A stretch of DNA of 63,790 nt, the filler included, from Octopus bimaculoides (Eukaryota): the NCBI RefSeq assembly GCF_001194135.2. It is 4 parts of 4 records of this genome, joined end to end, with 100 filler letters (N's around TTAATTAATTAA, not from the genome) between each part and the next. Parts side by side here need not be neighbours in the genome. Positions count along the whole stretch, not along the records: positions 62,050 to 63,790 come from NC_068990.1; 3 more parts are not named here. One strand, 5' to 3'. Positions 63,321 through 63,790 of this stretch are shown here, piece by piece. The position numbers were made by a program, and so were the translations under genes. The notes beneath the pieces are model-generated. The model made no database searches. It saw nothing but the letters and a program-made list of their open reading frames with translations, and had not been told where the DNA came from. Numbering within the stretch: position 1 is the first letter of the stretch; the number at the start of each line of letters is the position of its first letter.

Positions 63321-63790
63321 AAAGACACACAAACACGCGCACGAAACAATAGCGGAACAATAACGTAACGGGTGACAATAAAAACATACGGACAGGAGAA
63401 CCAGGACGGAACATTCGTGGCTTTCTATTCATCAGTCAATCTTCCAATCAGCATTACAGTTTCGGCCTGTTACACTTGAGACTGTTCAAAATTGGTAGGC
63501 TCTAGAAATCTAAGCTAAGGGCATTAAATGTTTGGAAGAAAGTGAGAGAATATGTGCGACAATATGGACAAAAAAAAAAAACGAGAAAATGTTACAAGAT
63601 TACAAGTACAAACAACAAGAAAACAACAGGTGTCTTTCGACTAAAAGGACAAGTTAAGTTAAGCTAGCGTATGAAGTGGAAGCCTTAGATGAAAGACAGG
63701 AGACAGGAAAATAAGATGTTGTGCGAGCGGTGGTCAGGCCAAAAAAGAAAGCTCATGCTTGGTCGAGCACCGATCACATGGGAGGAACAG

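Overview
AT-rich, microsatellite- and transposon-saturated animal DNA. The SINE families and LINE types match what I recognise from octopus genomes; this is an inference and no search was run. The window is not one contiguous locus. Three identical 100-bp spacers (44 N + TTAATTAATTAA + 44 N, a six-frame stop linker) at 16155-16254, 32919-33018 and 61950-62049 join four blocks, and adjacency across them is unverified. I can identify no intact host gene, RNA gene or CRISPR array. The supportable content is decayed mobile DNA: at least four tRNA-headed SINE families, RTE LINEs, four same-strand R4/Dong-type fragments, a CRE-like fragment, a Penelope GIY-YIG region, a Helitron helicase remnant, mariner and maT-like Tc1/mariner elements, a hAT transposase, hAT and piggyBac-type MITEs and a HINE-like element. 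A few orphan exon candidates are also present. The most interesting observations are: a stacked R4/Dong cluster at microsatellites (21-25 kb); CpG decay largely confined to block 3, suggesting a methylated gene body; inverted SINE pairs that could form ADAR substrates; an inverted duplication carrying a short ORF (13.3-13.9 kb); a fold-back MITE with a TTAGGG core inside the hAT transposase; and a PHD-like insert in an RTE reverse transcriptase. I found no convincing new multi-gene system.
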